From assembly GCA_011109175.1 (NCBI GenBank), contig RDEW01000024.1, forward strand, positions 62,001-126,000: a DNA stretch of 64,000 bases, read 5' to 3'. Origin of the DNA: Dicyema japonicum (Eukaryota; Animalia; Dicyemida). The notes under the pieces were generated by a model. It had not been told where the DNA came from. It ran no database searches and worked only from the letters and a program-made list of their open reading frames with translations. The position numbers were made by a program, and so were the translations under genes. Positions 62,950-64,000 of the stretch are shown piece after piece (position 1 is the stretch's first letter; the number at the start of each line of letters is the position of its first letter).

Positions 62950-64000
62950 ATGTCACAGAATGATACAAAGTCTGAAGTCGCTGAGATAATATGAATGTGT
63001 ATTTTTTGTCAACAAAACCACCGATTATCGCTATAATCGCAAGTGGTCATAGAGATCGCTAATTAAAGTGAGAACTCATGCAAACTCTTTATCTGAATTG
63101 AATCAACTTTTAATGATATGTGTTGTAGAAATCCTCGTTTCTGACTGTTTTGACGTTTATTTTAGTTCCCTAAAATATTTTATGGTCCTCCTTAATTGAT
63201 TGATCTGTTGATATTTTTTTTCGAGTTCGATTCAACTTCCTTAAATTAATGCCCCACTTTTGTAGGCAACTGAGAATGATAAATCCTCAAACTATCTGTT
63301 CTGGATAATATTTTTATTCCCATCAAAATGTAGGTGTATGGTCGTTGTAGAAAACCACTTGTTTGTGATGAAAATTTTGTAAATTCTGTTAATGATTTGA
63401 TCGCCTCACTAGAAAACGAAAGCTATAATATGACTTTGTTGCTCTCTACCATTTCGAAATTTTACATGAGAATGTTCTATAATGATAAAGTCACTAACTT
63501 TACCGTATGTTCGTCAAATGACTTTTTTCTAACCAACCTGCTACTAAGTCATTTTTGTACGACATACTAGCGACAGTCAAAATTTTATCATATTTTATAA
63601 AGTTTACGTTAAAGATGTAATAAGCTATTATTACTTCCTGATGAGATTATCTGTGTTGGAATCGGTTTGATGACGTAATTTCATTCTTTCTTAATTGTGA
63701 AATTGGTTTTATTGCATTTGCTGATCAATTGACTGATAGTATTTTTAAAATATCAAACTTTCTGAAAAAAAGTATTTTTGGATTTACTTTGTTTGCTGGA
63801 AAGGTTAAGAATGCTAGAATTCTATTCAGGGAGAAAGATGCTCTTTCTCTAGAAATGTTGATTATGAACTGAAATTGTCTTCTCATATGTTATTGTAATT
63901 TTTATTTGTTTAGATAATCTGTCCAGCCCAGTTGGGTTGGTTTATTGTTTAAATTATCTGTCGTTAACCAGTCATTGGATGATTTATTGAGAATGTGGCA
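62950..64000 (+). pseudogene. Unidentified decayed gene head-to-head with the PRP8 fragment
   Basis: ATG at 62950; tiny introns gttaagaatgctagaattctattcag and gttattgtaatttttatttgtttag; many stops. Confidence 0.35.

Overview
AT-rich eukaryotic DNA, not prokaryotic: no rRNA, true tRNA or CRISPR array was seen, and most ORF-track entries are spurious or split by introns. Much of the window is decayed, nested transposon debris: RTE LINEs (one intact 463-aa RT ORF), an APE-RT-CCHC LINE family with (TAA)n tails, R2/NeSL-type RLE LINEs, CRE-like elements, SINEs, and Ginger2-like, hAT and Merlin DNA transposons. The host genes only become readable after removing very small GT-AG introns, mostly 21-26 nt: a full-length TTF2/Lodestar-like SNF2 gene with 14 introns, two highly divergent proteasome beta-like paralogs, and intron-retaining fragments of PDS5, CPSF73 and PRP8. 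The motifs look animal-like, so a reduced parasitic metazoan such as a dicyemid or myxozoan is plausible; this is inference only. Main highlights: (1) a micro-exon array at 60.5-60.8 kb where 24-nt phase-1 exons alternate with 23-26-nt introns and splice to an acidic peptide ending in HAEL-stop; (2) a LINE 5' module of a covarying pseudoknot with HDV-ribozyme-like topology followed by a 2A (StopGo) motif, plus a TSD-flanked 321-bp non-autonomous derivative; (3) the tiny, often purine-rich intron system itself. All homologies were recognised by eye, identity values are rough visual estimates, and boundaries of decayed elements are approximate.
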